DNA of 64,000 bases from Mytilus edulis (lineage: Eukaryota): the NCBI RefSeq assembly GCF_963676685.1, contig NC_092352.1, positions 6,076,001 to 6,140,000 on the forward strand, in the 5' to 3' direction. Positions 49,047 through 61,708 of the stretch are shown here, piece after piece (position 1 is the stretch's first letter; every line of letters starts with the position of its first letter). A model generated the notes under the pieces. It searched no databases. It had not been told where the DNA came from and worked only from the letters and a program-made list of their open reading frames with translations. The translations under genes were made by a program, and so were the position numbers.

Positions 49047-50374
49047 GTAAATTATTTAAATTAGCATCATTACATAATGGTAACAAGATAATTTGATAGA
49101 AAGGTTTCAGTATGACTTAATATGAATATGAGTTATTTCCCTTTGACTGCAATATTTGAGGGTGAAATAGTTCATTTTCTTATTTGAAACATGTGGTTCA
49201 AACAGGTCTGATAAAATATCCTTACTAGAAAGTAGTGATGAATCAAGCAAGGGGAAAAGAAATTTAAAATATTGCTTTAATTCTAGTGGTCAGTATAACG
49301 TGTTGAAGTTGGCTTATTTATGAACGGAATTTATAGACCTCCAAAATGGTGACAAAAGGGAAGTAACTTTTAATGAAATTATGTCAATCGCAACCTTGCT
49401 ATTGCTTTGTCTTTTAGAAAAAAATGATAATACAGACTATAGTGGCTAAACATTGTAAGAGAAACAAATGATAGTCATCTTGTGATATGTTTTATTTGAT
49501 AAACCTATTAGCCTTGTCAGGTATAAGCAGTCCTTTGTAGTAGTCAATTGTCTACAAATATTCTTTAGTTGTTTAATAAACATTAAGGAGATCTGTTGTA
49601 CATTTTCATTAATATTTTTTTTTCAAAGATAAAGTATAATACATGCAAATTGTAGAAAATAAAGATCTGGCCTTGTATTAATTAAATATATCATTTGGAA
49701 AAAAAACGAAATTTTAATCGGAATGGATGTCTTTGGATTTCATAGGAAATGTATGAGAAGATATTATTGAAATTCAAAAAAGTTATATCATAAATTGAAG
49801 AAATCTATTCCAATTTTAGATAAAACTAATTGAGATTTTAATTTTATAAAAAAAAAAGAGAAATATAAGGTTTAGTTAATACTTATTATTCAATTTCTTT
49901 AAGTATTATTCATGCACACACTTTACTGTTTTAGTTTTTTTATTGTTGTTTCTTTGACATATTGTTCACAGTTGGTTGGTATATCATGCAACTAAGGTGC
50001 AGATGCCTATTTTTAATTTAAAATATTAGGTAAAATGTCCTGCTTTTATCCCCTTTTCTTATTTTTCTTATTTTGCTTCAGTATTTCATTATTTTAGGTC
50101 ACCTTGCTCAATGGGTCCGTTTGAATTTTGCTGTCACCTGATGTCAATTAAAATGTTATACATGTATATAACATATGGGCTAAAACATGTAAACTGGAAC
50201 CGTTAATGAAAAGATTTAATAATATTTAACAGATATTTACTATAAAATTGTTTACAAAGTGGTTACAGATAATATGCAAGTTTCATATCACTTGAACTTC
50301 ATTTGTATGAATGAAATACCTTCAACCCTAAAGGTTATATCAAAAATTAAGTTTTATCCTCTTTGGCACTTGAT

Positions 50375-50990
50375 GAGGCTGGTGAATATGTCTGTACCCA
50401 TTTTTAGTTGGATGATATCCTATACCACATAAAAATAGCGGAAATCTGCCTGTACTATTTTAAGCCGATCAAATCTTCCTGTACCACATAAACCAGGTTA
50501 ATATCTGTCAAAATAAAATAGACCTGTGATATCTCCCTGAACTATTTTAAGTAAGTTGATATTTTCTTATAACACTCCAGAATAGTTGAAATATACCAAT
50601 GTAAGATTGTTGATATCTGTCTGTATCATTTATAAATGGCTTCAATTGTTAATTACTATCTGTTACCTTTTAAGCAGATTGATATCTTAATGTACCATTT
50701 CAAACTGGTTGATATCGGCTTATACCATTGTAAGATGGTTGGTATATACGTCTGTACTATTTATAAACTGGTTGATTCAACTTGATATCTGCCTTCACTA
50801 TTGAAGATGGTCGATGTCTTATTGTACCATGGTCTGACACTTCAAACATGTTGATATTTACCTGTACAATTATTAGATTGATGATGTTAACTGTACTAAT
50901 TAAGGCGGTAGATGTTGGCCTGTATAATTAAAAGCATGAGGACGTCTGCTTGTACGATTGCTAGATGGTTTGTGTTTGTCTGCAGCACTT
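50375..50990. repeat. Degenerate ~30-bp tandem repeat
   Basis: Recurrent gttgatatct..ctgtac(c/t)att units at ~30-bp spacing. Confidence 0.6.
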
Positions 50991-51244
50991 CAGCCCATCA
51001 ATACTAGGATATACAATTTAAAAAAAAGTTAAAGTTTTTTCCTATACAATAAATGTCTGCCAGTGTCTAATAAAAAGGGAGAACCATTCATTGTATATCA
51101 GTTTTTTTAGCTCACCTGGCCCGAAGGGCCAAGTGAGCTTTTCCCATCACTTGGCGTCCGTCGTCGTCCTGCGTCCGTCGTCCGGCGTTAACTTTTACAA
51201 AAATCTTCTCCTCTGAAACTACTGTGCCAAATTTAACCAAACTT

Positions 51245-52770
51245 TTTTTGTAATTTATTTTTATTTCATCTGAAAATACACCAAGTATATATTGTGATAC
51301 ATAATTATATAATTAATTCATATTACATATAATGATATTAAATTTTTCAATAACAGTCTAAAATTAAAAAGTTAGTTATGCTAATTGTTCTAAATTTTCT
51401 ACTGGATCATACACATCCTTTATCACTCTGGATTAGAATACCTGAATATGCTGATAAGGTTAATGATTGCATCAGCCCTCTCCTATAGCCACATGCATCA
51501 CTGCCTATACAGTGATGTAAAACATGAGAGGTACCAGGAGAGGCCACCAGAGATCATTAACAGATAACATATTGGACAACATGTTGGACAGAGTCACATA
51601 ATAAATGTCAACCTAAGTCAAGGGGAGATAATTCAAATACAATCAAACAAAAACTAGTATATCAATATATATATATAACAATAGCAATAAACATAGATAG
51701 TACTTTTAAGATGCACACAAATCACTGTCCAGTTGTGATGTGCATCAACATATTATTAATTCTACATGAACTATTATAAAGCCTTAAGTAAGTACATAAA
51801 TAGAAAGATCTCTCCTCAAATGTGAACTAAGTTTTTAATTAATTCCCATTTACTATTAAATTTCTCTCTTGCTCTAGGGGATCTGTAAAAGGAGGTAGAT
51901 ATTTTTTCTATTTGGTAGGAATTTTTAATCATAGCTATGACACCTTTAAGAGTCGGTAATGAAGTATTAAAGCGACATGTATAAATATAATATTTAACCA
52001 GAATAGTGAATAAGTTTAGGGAAATATCCCAAGACTCTGACCCGAGAACAATATTTTCCACATTAAGAATTAAAGTTAAATTATTTTCAACTAGAAAAAG
52101 TGCTGCAATTTCTAACCACAAATTTCTAACTAGCATACATTCCCAGAAAAGGTGACTTATAGTTTCTTTAGTTTCATTACAGAAACTACATAAGTTAGTT
52201 TCTTTTAACCCGTATTTCTGCAATAATGCATTTGTAGCGAGAGTTCTATGTAAAATCTTAAACTGGAACATACTAAATTTGTTGTTTTTAGTGCAACAAA
52301 AGGGTAAACTATAAAAGAAATCCCAATTTTCTATATAAGTCCCTAGTTCCTTACACATTTTGTCTTCTTGTTTTGTAGGACGTTCTGTATACATTGACAA
52401 GAATTTTTTATAAAAGAACTGACATGACTTTTTATTGTTTTTTATAAATTCAAATTTATCGTTAGATATGTGAGTAATTTTCTCTGAAGTAGTGATTAAA
52501 TTTTTCCAGTCTTTTGGTATCATATGCAGCAAAGAATGGTATTCCAAGAAATTAATATTAAGATTATATTTTTCGCAGAATTCTTTTAAAGTAAAAAAAT
52601 TACTGTTTTCATCAAGTAAATCACCTATAAAGAAAACTCCTGATTCAACCCACCTCTGGTAAAAGACAGTTTTATTATTAATTTTCAAACTCTTGTTTAG
52701 CCATATGGATTGTTTCATGATCCCTTCAGCAGTGCCATTAGTGACAGTGTTTAGGATATTCCAGTTTAGT
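51245..52770 (-). mobile_element. 5'-truncated L1/Tx1-clade LINE insertion
   Basis: 16-bp TSD AAATTTAACCAAACTT (51229-51244, 52771-52786); short poly(A) and AATAAA on the minus strand; open ORF2 C-terminus. Confidence 0.9.
51816..52769 (-). CDS. L1/Tx1 ORF2 C-terminal fragment with zf-RVT zinc finger
   Basis: FQFKILHRTLATN..CSFCNETKETISHLFWEC; the frame stays open up to the truncation point. Confidence 0.85.
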   Translation of the reverse strand, partial: LNWNILNTVTNGTAEGIMKQSIWLNKSLKINNKTVFYQRWVESGVFFIGDLLDENSNFFTLKEFCEKYNLNINFLEYHSLLHMIPKDWKNLITTSEKITHISNDKFEFIKNNKKSCQFFYKKFLSMYTERPTKQEDKMCKELGTYIENWDFFYSLPFCCTKNNKFSMFQFKILHRTLATNALLQKYGLKETNLCSFCNETKETISHLFWECMLVRNLWLEIAALFLVENNLTLILNVENIVLGSESWDISLNLFTILVKYYIYTCRFNTSLPTLKGVIAMIKNSYQIEKISTSFYRSPRAREKFNSKWELIKNLVHI

Positions 52771-54262
52771 AAATTTAACCAAACTTGGCCACAATCATCA
52801 TTTGGGTATCTAGTTTAAAAAATGTGTCCGGTGACCCGGCCAACCAACCAAGATGGCCGCCATGGCTAAAAATAGAACATAGGGGTAAAATGCAGTTTTT
52901 GGCTTATAACTCAAAAACCAAAGCATTTAGAGCAAATCTGACATGGGGGTAATATTGTTCATCAGGTCAAGATCTATCTGCCCTGAAATTTTCAGATGAA
53001 TCGGACATTTCGTTGTTGGGTTGCTGCCTCTGAAATGATAATTTTAAGGAAATTTTGCTGTTTTTGGTTATTATCTTGAATATTATTATAGATAGAGATA
53101 AACTGTAAACAGCAATAATGTTCAGCAAAGTAAGATCTACAAATAAGTCAACATGACCAAAATGGTCAGTTGACCACTTTAGGAGTTATTGCCCTTTATA
53201 GTCAATTTTTAACCATTTTTCGTAAATCTTAGTATTCTTTTAGAAAAATCTTCTCCTCTTAAACTACTGGGCCAAATTTAACCAAACTTGGCCATAATCA
53301 TCATAGGGGTATCTAGTTTAAAAAATGTGTCCGGTGACCCGGCCAACCAACCAAGATGGCTGCATGGCTAAAAATAGAACATAGGGGTAAAATGCAGTTT
53401 TTGGCTTATAACTCAAAAACCAAAGCATTTAGAGCAAATCTGACAGGAAGTAAAATTGTTGATCAGGTCACGATCTATCTGCCCTGGAATTTTCAGATGA
53501 ATTGGATAATTGGTTGTTAGGTTGCTGCCCCTGAATTGGTAATTTTGAGGAAATTTTGCTGTTTTTTTGCTGTTTTTTTTGTTATTATCTTGAATATTAT
53601 TATAGATAGAGATAAACTGTAAACAGCAATAATGTACAGCAAATTAAGAACTAAAAATAAGTCAGAATGACCAAAATAGTCAATTGACCCCCAAAGGAGT
53701 TATTGCCCTTCATAGTCAATTTTTAACAATTTTCTTAAAATTTGAAGATTTTCAATAACATTTTCCACAGAAAGTACTGTTATAGATAGAGATAATTGCA
53801 ACCAGCAAGAATGTTTAGTAAAGTAAGATCTACAAACACATCACCATCACCAAAACACAATTTTGTCATGAATCCATCTGTGTCCATTGTTTAATTTCAC
53901 ATAGACCAAGGTGAGCGACACAGGCTCTTTAGAGCCTCTAGTTTCTAATAGTAACACAGTGGCGGATCCACATGGTGTTTTTTTACGATCAATGCATTTG
54001 AATGGAGACATATGGTTGGACCCCCCCCCCCCCTTTTTTTTTCTCCTGGGTTGTTGGAACCCCCTTTTATAAATGACTGGAATGAAACCACTGGAAATAT
54101 TTTCACCTAATTTCGGTTAATTTGAGATAAATTAAAGCTGCTGGATTCGTCCCTGTAATGTGACCAATAACCATAGAACTAAATAAATCAATCAGTCAGT
54201 TTGTGCATGTTTTTATAGTTAGTTTGTATATATATATATTTGTATACTCTGTAATCTTACAG

Positions 54263-54274
54263 GATCCGAGAGTA
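54263..54274 (+). CDS. MICU1: Candidate MICU1 alternative microexon A (12 nt, DPRV)
   Basis: cttacag|GATCCGAGAGTA|gtatgt; phase 0, no stop. Confidence 0.5.
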
Positions 54275-54616
54275 GTATGTAAAGTTGAGCTTTCTTTGTG
54301 TGACATGATCAGTTCAATCAGAACTTGCTAAATAATTCTGTGTGGGCTGACTCTGACTTAACTGGTTATAGGCTGTGTAGTATAATGTAGATGTAAAGTT
54401 TTAGGCTTTGATGCACCATTCATAGTCATAGGCCATATATGCTAATCATTGGTAAGGGGTTATCTCCCCTTCCTGATTGTAAACATTGGCTAGCAATAGA
54501 AATATTAGGTTGAATTTGTTTGGCTGACTTGTGTAGATGTTTGTTGCTACATATAATCATATTGTATATGAATTAAAAAAGAATGTTGAATAATGTGCTT
54601 TGTTTAACATCAATAG

Positions 54617-54637
54617 AAGGATGATTTCAGAAAGTTG
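54617..54637 (+). CDS. MICU1: Candidate MICU1 alternative microexon B (21 nt, KDDFRKL; NAGNAG alternative 18 nt)
   Basis: tgctttgtttaacatcaatag|AAGGATGATTTCAGAAAGTTG|gtgagt; phase 0. Confidence 0.5.
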
Positions 54638-54865
54638 GTGAGTGGCTTACCATTTTACTAACATTTCTTGAGGATTTTTAATAATCCATTTTTTATATTT
54701 TTCATCTTTTGAATTTTAAAACAGATTTTATTATCTTATGCTAAATCTTTAAAAAAAAATATCATTCTTTACTTTGTTTTTTTTTTCATTAAAAGATATT
54801 TTAAAAAATTATATATATATATATTAGATGTTGTGAGGTGTTTTAAGTTCAAAGTTTTTTTGTAG

Positions 54866-54883
54866 ATGAGCAAAATGAAAAAG
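54866..54883 (+). CDS. MICU1: Candidate MICU1 alternative microexon C (18 nt, MSKMKK)
   Basis: tttttttgtag|ATGAGCAAAATGAAAAAG|gtaaat; phase 0. Confidence 0.5.
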
Positions 54884-55625
54884 GTAAATTGTAGTAGATA
54901 TTTTTTTGTATTGTAAGTCTTATGTAGTAAATAATATAGTATAGTAACTTTTCTTTGATAAAATCTTTTGGTATTGTAGTAGGCATTTTTTAGTATGGAT
55001 TATTGAAACCCTCTTTTCTAATTCAGTTTACTGCTTTTTGCTTGTTACTTTGCTTAAAAATTTGTTATTATAACTGATGATAAATTTTCACTATTTTGAA
55101 TAATAACTTATTTTCAGAAATATATCCCTTTCAGTGACTGTGATTTGATCCGATTCATCTCTTCTTTCTTGAATGTGGCATGATTGATTTTATAAAAAAA
55201 AAAGAAGAAAGGATTGTGCATTGACCTAAATATACTAAAAACATGCATTACATAACATGCATGAATTGTTGCATGTTTTATTTCAGCCACCATAATAGCA
55301 ATAACATGCATTGATATTGAAGAAACCTAAAATGATTTTTTTTTATTACACGTTTTTTTCCCTCATTGATGTTGAAATTGTGCTCTACCTAAGTAAAGTT
55401 AAATTTCTTGACAGTTTGTTTAAGAATGTAAAACAGCTGACTTGAACAAAATGATTCTAAAACATGTGACTGTAAGTATAAGTGTATGTAGAAGTGAGTT
55501 ATTGCCTAGGTCGTATCCAGCTGCGCTTGGCAAACCATTTTTTTTTTAATTTTTTTTTTTTTTACCATGTTACAGTCCACTTTTTTGATTGATTGAAAGT
55601 TGTTTGCCAAACATCCATTGGTAAA

Positions 55626-57744
55626 TTTTTATACGACCGCAAATTTTGAAAAAATTTTCGTCGTATATTGCTATCACGTTGGCGTCGGCGTCGTCGTCGT
55701 CGTCGTCGTTGTCGTCGTCGTCGTCGTCGTCCGGCGTCCGAATACTTTTAGTTTTCGCACTCTAACTTTAGTAAAAGTGAATAGAAATCTATGAAATTTT
55801 AACACAAGGTTTATGACCATAAAAGGAAGGTTGGTATTGATTTTGGGAGTTTTGGTCCCAACATTTTAGGAATAAGGGGCCAGAAAGGGCCCAAATAAGC
55901 ATTTTCTTGGTTTTCGCACCATAACTTTAGTTTAAGTTTATAGAAATCTATGAAATTTTGACACAAGGTTTATGACCACAAAAGAAAGATTGGGATTGAT
56001 TTTGGGAGTTTTGGTTTCAATAGTTTAGGAATAAGGGGCCAATAAAGGGCCCAAATAAGCATTTTTCTTGGTTTTTGCACAATAACCTTAGGTTAAGTAA
56101 ATGGAAATCTATGAAATTTAAACACAATGTTTATGACCACAAAAGGAAGGTTGGTATTGATTTTGGGAGTTTAGGACCCAACAGATTAGGAATTAGGGGC
56201 CAAAAAGGGACCCAAATAAGCATTTTTCTTGGTTTTCGCACTATAATGTTAGTATAAGTAAATACAAATCTATGAAATTTAAACACAAGGCTTATGACCA
56301 TAAAAGGAAGGTTGGTATTGATTTTGGGAGTTTTGGTCCCAACAGTTTAGGAAAAAGGGGCCCAAAGGGTCCAAAATTAAACTTTGTTTGATTTCATCAA
56401 AATTGAATAATTGGGGTTCTTTGATATGCCGAATCTAACTGTATATGTAGATTCTCAACTTTTGGTCCCGTTTTCAAATTGGTCTACATTAAGGTCCAAA
56501 GGGTCCAAAATTAAACTTAGTTTGATTTTGACAAAAAATGAATCGGTTGGGTTCTTTGATATGTTGAATCTAAAAATGTACTTAGATTCTTGATTATTGA
56601 AGTTTTTTTGGTCCAGTTTTCAAATTGGTCTACATTAAGGTCCAAAGGGTCCAAAATTAAACTTTGTTTGATTTCATCAAAAATTGAATCCTTGGGGTTC
56701 TTTGATATGCCAAATCTAACTGTGTATGTAGATTCTTCATTTTTGGTCCTGTTTTCAAATTTCAAATTCTACATTAAAGTCCAAAGGGTCCAAAATTAAA
56801 CTAAGTTTGATTTTAACAAAAATTGAATTCTTGGGCCTCTTTGATATGCTGAATCTAAACATGTACTTAGATTTTTGATTATGGGCCCAGTTTTCAAGTT
56901 GGTCCAAATCAGGATCTAAAATTATTATATTAAGTATTGTGCAATAGCAAGTCTTTTCAATTGCACAGTATTGTGCAATGGCAAGAAATATCTAATTGCA
57001 CAATATTGTGAAATAGCAAATTTTTTTTTAATTAGAGTTATCTTTCTTTGTCCAGAATAGTAAGCAAGAAATATCCTATTTGTGCAATAGCAAGAATTTT
57101 TTTTAATTGGAGTTATCTTTCTTTGTCCAGAATCAACTTAAATCTTTGTTATATACAATATACAATGTATATACACTTTTTACTACCAACTGATAAATTT
57201 AAATAATCTTTTACCATTCAGTGATAACAAGCAGTTTTTTTACATCTTAATATTTTATGATGTATTTAAATGAGTAGTTATTGTTGCAAACTCCATTAGA
57301 AATTTGAATTGATATCAGTTTTGAAAAAGGGAAACGGGGATGTGAAAAAAAGGGGGGGGGGTTAAATTTTTCTCATTTCAGATTTCATAAATAAAAAGAA
57401 AATTTCTTCAAACATTTTTTTGAGAGGATTAATATTCAACAGCATAGTGATTTGCTCAAAGGCAAAAAAAACCTTTTAAGTTCATTAGACCACATTCATT
57501 CTGTGTCAGAAACCTATGCTGTGTCAACTATTTAATTTTAGATTTAAAAAGTTTGAAGAAGAAATCTTTAATTGATTTGTAAAAATTTGTTTTGTGTAAA
57601 AAAAAACCATGTAATGTCAAAAATTTGATCACAATCCAAATTCAGAGCTGTATCATGCTTGAATGTTTTGTCCATACTTGCCCCAACTGTTCAGGGTTCG
57701 ACCTCTGCGGTCGTATAAAGCTGCGCCCTGCGGAGCACCTGGTT
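55626..57744 (+). mobile_element. HINE-like family A copy 4 (intronic)
   Basis: subTIRs at 55628-55641 and 57706-57719, long (GTC)n, both tandem arrays. Confidence 0.88.
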
Positions 57745-59201
57745 CATTCATGTTAAGTATGATGCAGAATTATCCAAATCTTATAGTAATGGCTCAGTTT
57801 CTCTGCCTAATTATAGCTTGGAAAATCACACATTCATGGATTAACCTCTTATTTTAGTAAAAGTAGATAAAAGTTTTAGCATTTGTCCTCAAATCAAGCC
57901 TGTGTATGGAGACTTTAAAATACAGGCATACTTCCATCCTTCTGGTCTTACAAATGCTCATCATGTAAAATTCTTGCCATATTTTTATGAAATTCATATT
58001 AAGAGTTTATTTCTGAAATCTCTCAGACAAGCTAGTAAATCAGAGTCAAACATCAGGCCTACATATCATGATGAAATTTGTATCTGTAATGTCTTTGACA
58101 AGTTAAAAAAAAAACAGTGCTGATCAATTATTTTTACATTAGCTAATGTCCCTTGGAAAATTCTAAAGGAAATTTCATTTAAACACTTGCAATTCTTCTT
58201 TTTTTTTTTTGAAATTTATATCCGAAGTTTTAATCAGCAAGGTCTTGAAAGAGTGCTGAAGTTATTTTTGTCAGGAACTAACCCTTGGAAATAAAAATTA
58301 TATGGAAAGTACATTGTTAGCTTTTTGATATTTATGATATTTATAACAAGAACACCCTAAAAATAATTGCCCTTTGTAAATAGATTGTGTGTATCTGCAG
58401 GGAACATTTAAACACTGTACTTCAATTATTTGCTGAAATTAATTGTGTTGATCCATGAATGATGGAGATAGTTTCTGAATGCACATAATAAAATAAATGC
58501 ACAGTAAGTAGCAGTATTTCTTATTTTCTACTAAACATCACTAGGACATGGAGGATAGCAAGGGGTATTCAGGATTTCACAAGAATGGAATGAAAATTGA
58601 AAATATGAGATAAATAATTGTAAAATCCTACATAATCCATAAAGCTGTCATCACTGATCTTTTCTGAGTCCAAGTCAACAAACAGAGATGCCATCATTTT
58701 CTTAAAAAGTGAGAGAAAAATGTGAAATCTCCTGTAAAGAGCTAATTGTTTCTAAACCCTGACTAAAACTGCTCTTACTATCCTTTAAACAAAGGTTCTA
58801 TACTCATTTACAACCAAACATAGCTACCACAAGTGCTAAAAAGAAAAAAAATAACATTAATAAAAATCTAAAAAATGATGTACATGGCCAATTATTTTAG
58901 CAAACATTGGATAAGTTATATATTTAAGATTCCCGTTAGAAATCATGGTTGATAACCACAATCATCATCAGTGTTACTTGAAACAAAAACTATTTTTTTT
59001 TAAATAATGAAATTAGGACCTGACCATAAAGAAAATTTTGAGTGATTAATCCTTATTTTGATCTACTCAATCTATATAAACTTATCATTCAATTAAATAC
59101 ATGATTTTTGGAAGTATAAATTAGGTAAGTTTTATTAATATATATTTGTATACCTATCAGTGTAAGACACATCTGTATTCACTGTTTATATTATTCTCTA
59201 G

Positions 59202-59313
59202 CGTGGAAAGCATGTGGATACAGAGTTGGGAGAAGATAGCATTTTTCACAGGTTGGGAGAAAGTGGACTTATTTCTTTTTCTGACTACATTTTCCTTCTA
59301 ACAGTGTTGTCAA
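59202..59313 (+). CDS. MICU1: MICU1 coding exon 5
   Basis: [37 protein letters not shown]; starts in phase 0. Confidence 0.95.
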
Positions 59314-59567
59314 GTAAGTAACATGCTGAAGAGATTAACTGAAATGATAGCAGGCGTTCAACAAATAATTTATAATCATAAGTTAAAAACAAAAAATTTT
59401 GATAAAATCATCAGTGGGACTCTTTATACACTACTAGCCAGAATACATGCGTAGACTTCAATCAAGAGATCTCTGCATGTTGGAATCCAATGAATTTAAG
59501 AAAATTAACACTAAAATAAAATGCAATGAATATCAAAATTCAGACTACCAATGCAGAATAAAAAGAG

Positions 59568-59830
59568 AGGGGCCTCAGTGGCCAAATGGTCTAAGTAGTT
59601 ACTACTGTAATCACTAGCCAGTCAACACTGAGGTTGTGAGTTCGAACCCTTATCTTGCGAGTGCACTCGACTCTAATCTTAATTGACTAGGATTGTCAGT
59701 TTTCCTATCAAGGGTCATGGTTTTCTACGGGCATTCAGGCTTCCTCCACCAATAAAAAGATGGCTGCCAGAAAATCATTCAAAAGTGATGCTTAGAAGTG
59801 GCGTTAAAACACAGCAAAATCAAATCAAAT
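59568..59830 (+). mobile_element. tRNA-derived SINE with V-domain-like core
   Basis: A-box-like tggccaaatggtctaag, B box gagttcgaaccc, core ggttttctacgggcattcaggcttcctccacc, (CAAAT)n tail. Confidence 0.75.
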
Positions 59831-59911
59831 ACAAAGACATAAATGTGCTACAATAGAGAATACACATTTAGCAGAATACATATTGAACATGTTATATCTT
59901 GTTTATTACAG

Positions 59912-59994
59912 CTCCCCAAAGAAATTTTCAGATTGCTTTTAAAATGTTTGATTTGAATGGAGATGGTGATGTTGATAGAGGAGAGTTTGACAAG
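59912..59994 (+). CDS. MICU1: MICU1 coding exon 6 (EF-hand 1)
   Basis: [28 protein letters not shown], a canonical EF loop. Confidence 0.97.
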
Positions 59995-60927
59995 GTAAAC
60001 ATTTTTAGTGGGGTTTAATCATTTTACTTGCATAAGAAAGTGGCGTCCATAGATTATTATTTTTTTTTATTTTTTTTTTTTTTTTAAATAATATCTTTAT
60101 TGCACTTTTCTTTGCTGTTATGACAAATCACTCGACCTACAGCAGTTGGCCAAGAATCCCTGTGAATTAGTCACTGGATAACCAGGGAATTTATTCAGTG
60201 AATTCATATTTATAGATAGCTTGTTATTTTTACAATTCATGGTTATTACATACATTTTGCAAAATATATTGTCTCATGATTACAGTTTTGTCCGGTTCTG
60301 TTTCTAAAGATTAAAACTTTATGATCAGTAACCTACCTTACTCTTATTGTTGAAAACCGTTGTCCGAATTAATTTATACGTTTTATTGATTCTCATGAAC
60401 AACTTAAACTTAAGTTAAAAATTGTATGTGGTAAGTCTCGACATTCTAATTGAAAATTCATTTGATTAATTATGCATAAATGTGTTTGGAGACAAAATTC
60501 TGTACATTTTCAGAAAGCATGCTCTTTAGATTATTTTTAAACAATTCTTTAAAAGAAGAATTTTGACTATAGGTTGCATGTAGTAAATACAGTTGTTTCA
60601 CAAACCACACCTCTTTTGGGGAGATATATAGTACATGTAATCATTGTTTATGTACTGATTCCCAGATATGATCTCTATGTTTCATCTCATAGACACAATT
60701 AGGGAATGCTACCAGTATATATAGACATATATAGCAGTGTAATTAAATTCTGAGGAAGACCCATAGTGAAAGGAGGGGTAGTACAGAATTTTAGGATAAG
60801 TCTAAACTCTTAGAAGTTTGGGGCATTTAAATGTTGAAAATAAACTCTTTGTTTTGACCTTTGAATAAAAAAAATAGTGCATATTAACTTTCCATTTTAG
60901 GATATAATTGGTATGAAACTTCCTAGT

Positions 60928-61387
60928 AACAAGAATGTGTCCATAGTACACGGATGCCCCACTTCCACTATCATTTTCTATGTTCAGTGGACCGTGAAAT
61001 TGGGGTCAAAACTTTAATTTGGAATTAAAATTAGAAAGATCATATCATAGGGAACATGTGTACTAAGTTTCAAGTTGATGTATCTTTAACTTCATCAAAA
61101 ACTACCTTGACCAAAAACTTTAACCTGAACTTTGCACTATCATTTTATATGTTCAGTGGACCATGAAATTGGGGTCAAAACTATAATTTGGCATTAAAAT
61201 TAGAAAGATCATATCATGGGGAACATGTGTATTAAGTTTCAAGTTGATTGGACTTCAGCTTCATCAAAAACTACCTCGACCAAAAACTTTAACCGGACGG
61301 ACGGACGGACGGATGGACGGACGGAAGAACGGAGGCACAGACCAGAAAACATAATGCCCCTCTACTATCGTAGGTGGGGCATAAAAA
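60928..61387 (-). mobile_element. HINE/pearl-like family C element
   Basis: subTIR atgccccac/gtggggcat, (ACGG)n microsatellite at 61293-61332, two ~170-bp core units. Confidence 0.8.
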
Positions 61388-61513
61388 TGGCAGTGTTAGC
61401 CATAAAGGGAGTTCCTAGGGGATATTGCATTGTCTATATTTACAAAAGTGCAAACTATAGGGAAAACTATATTTTGTGAAGTATTTGTCATTGATATTTA
61501 TATTTTTATATAG

Positions 61514-61708
61514 GTCCAAGAGATAGTACGAGCACAGACCACGATGGGAAGTCGACACAGGGATCATGCTGTAACAGGCAGTGTTATGAAGGATTACAGC
61601 TCAGCATTAATGACCTACTTCTTTGGAAAAAATGGAGAGAAGAAATTAACAGTCAAAGAGTTCTTAGATTTTCAAGCAGAAGTTTCCAAAGAAGTTCTAA
61701 GAATTGAG
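61514..61708 (+). CDS. MICU1: MICU1 coding exon 7
   Basis: VQEIVRAQTTMGSRHRDH..SALMTYFFGKNGEKKLTVKEFLDFQ..VLRIE. Confidence 0.95.

Larger units (their letters stand above)
51105..53943 (+). mobile_element. HINE-like family B element, interrupted by a Tx1/L1 fragment
   Basis: 5' ttttagctcacct + IR + (GTC)n; subterminal aggtgagc and 3' hairpin aggctc-ttta-gagcct; two ~500-bp internal units. Confidence 0.8.

Noticed and set aside
55118-55500. Further exon-like units after the microexon cluster (acceptor at 55117 reading to a stop; 55415-55471 with in-frame TAA)
   Set aside because: They contain stops or lack an in-frame donor; they could be poison or terminal exons but cannot be supported from sequence alone.
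59568-59650. tRNA gene
   Set aside because: A and B boxes are present but there is no cloverleaf; it continues into a SINE core and tail.
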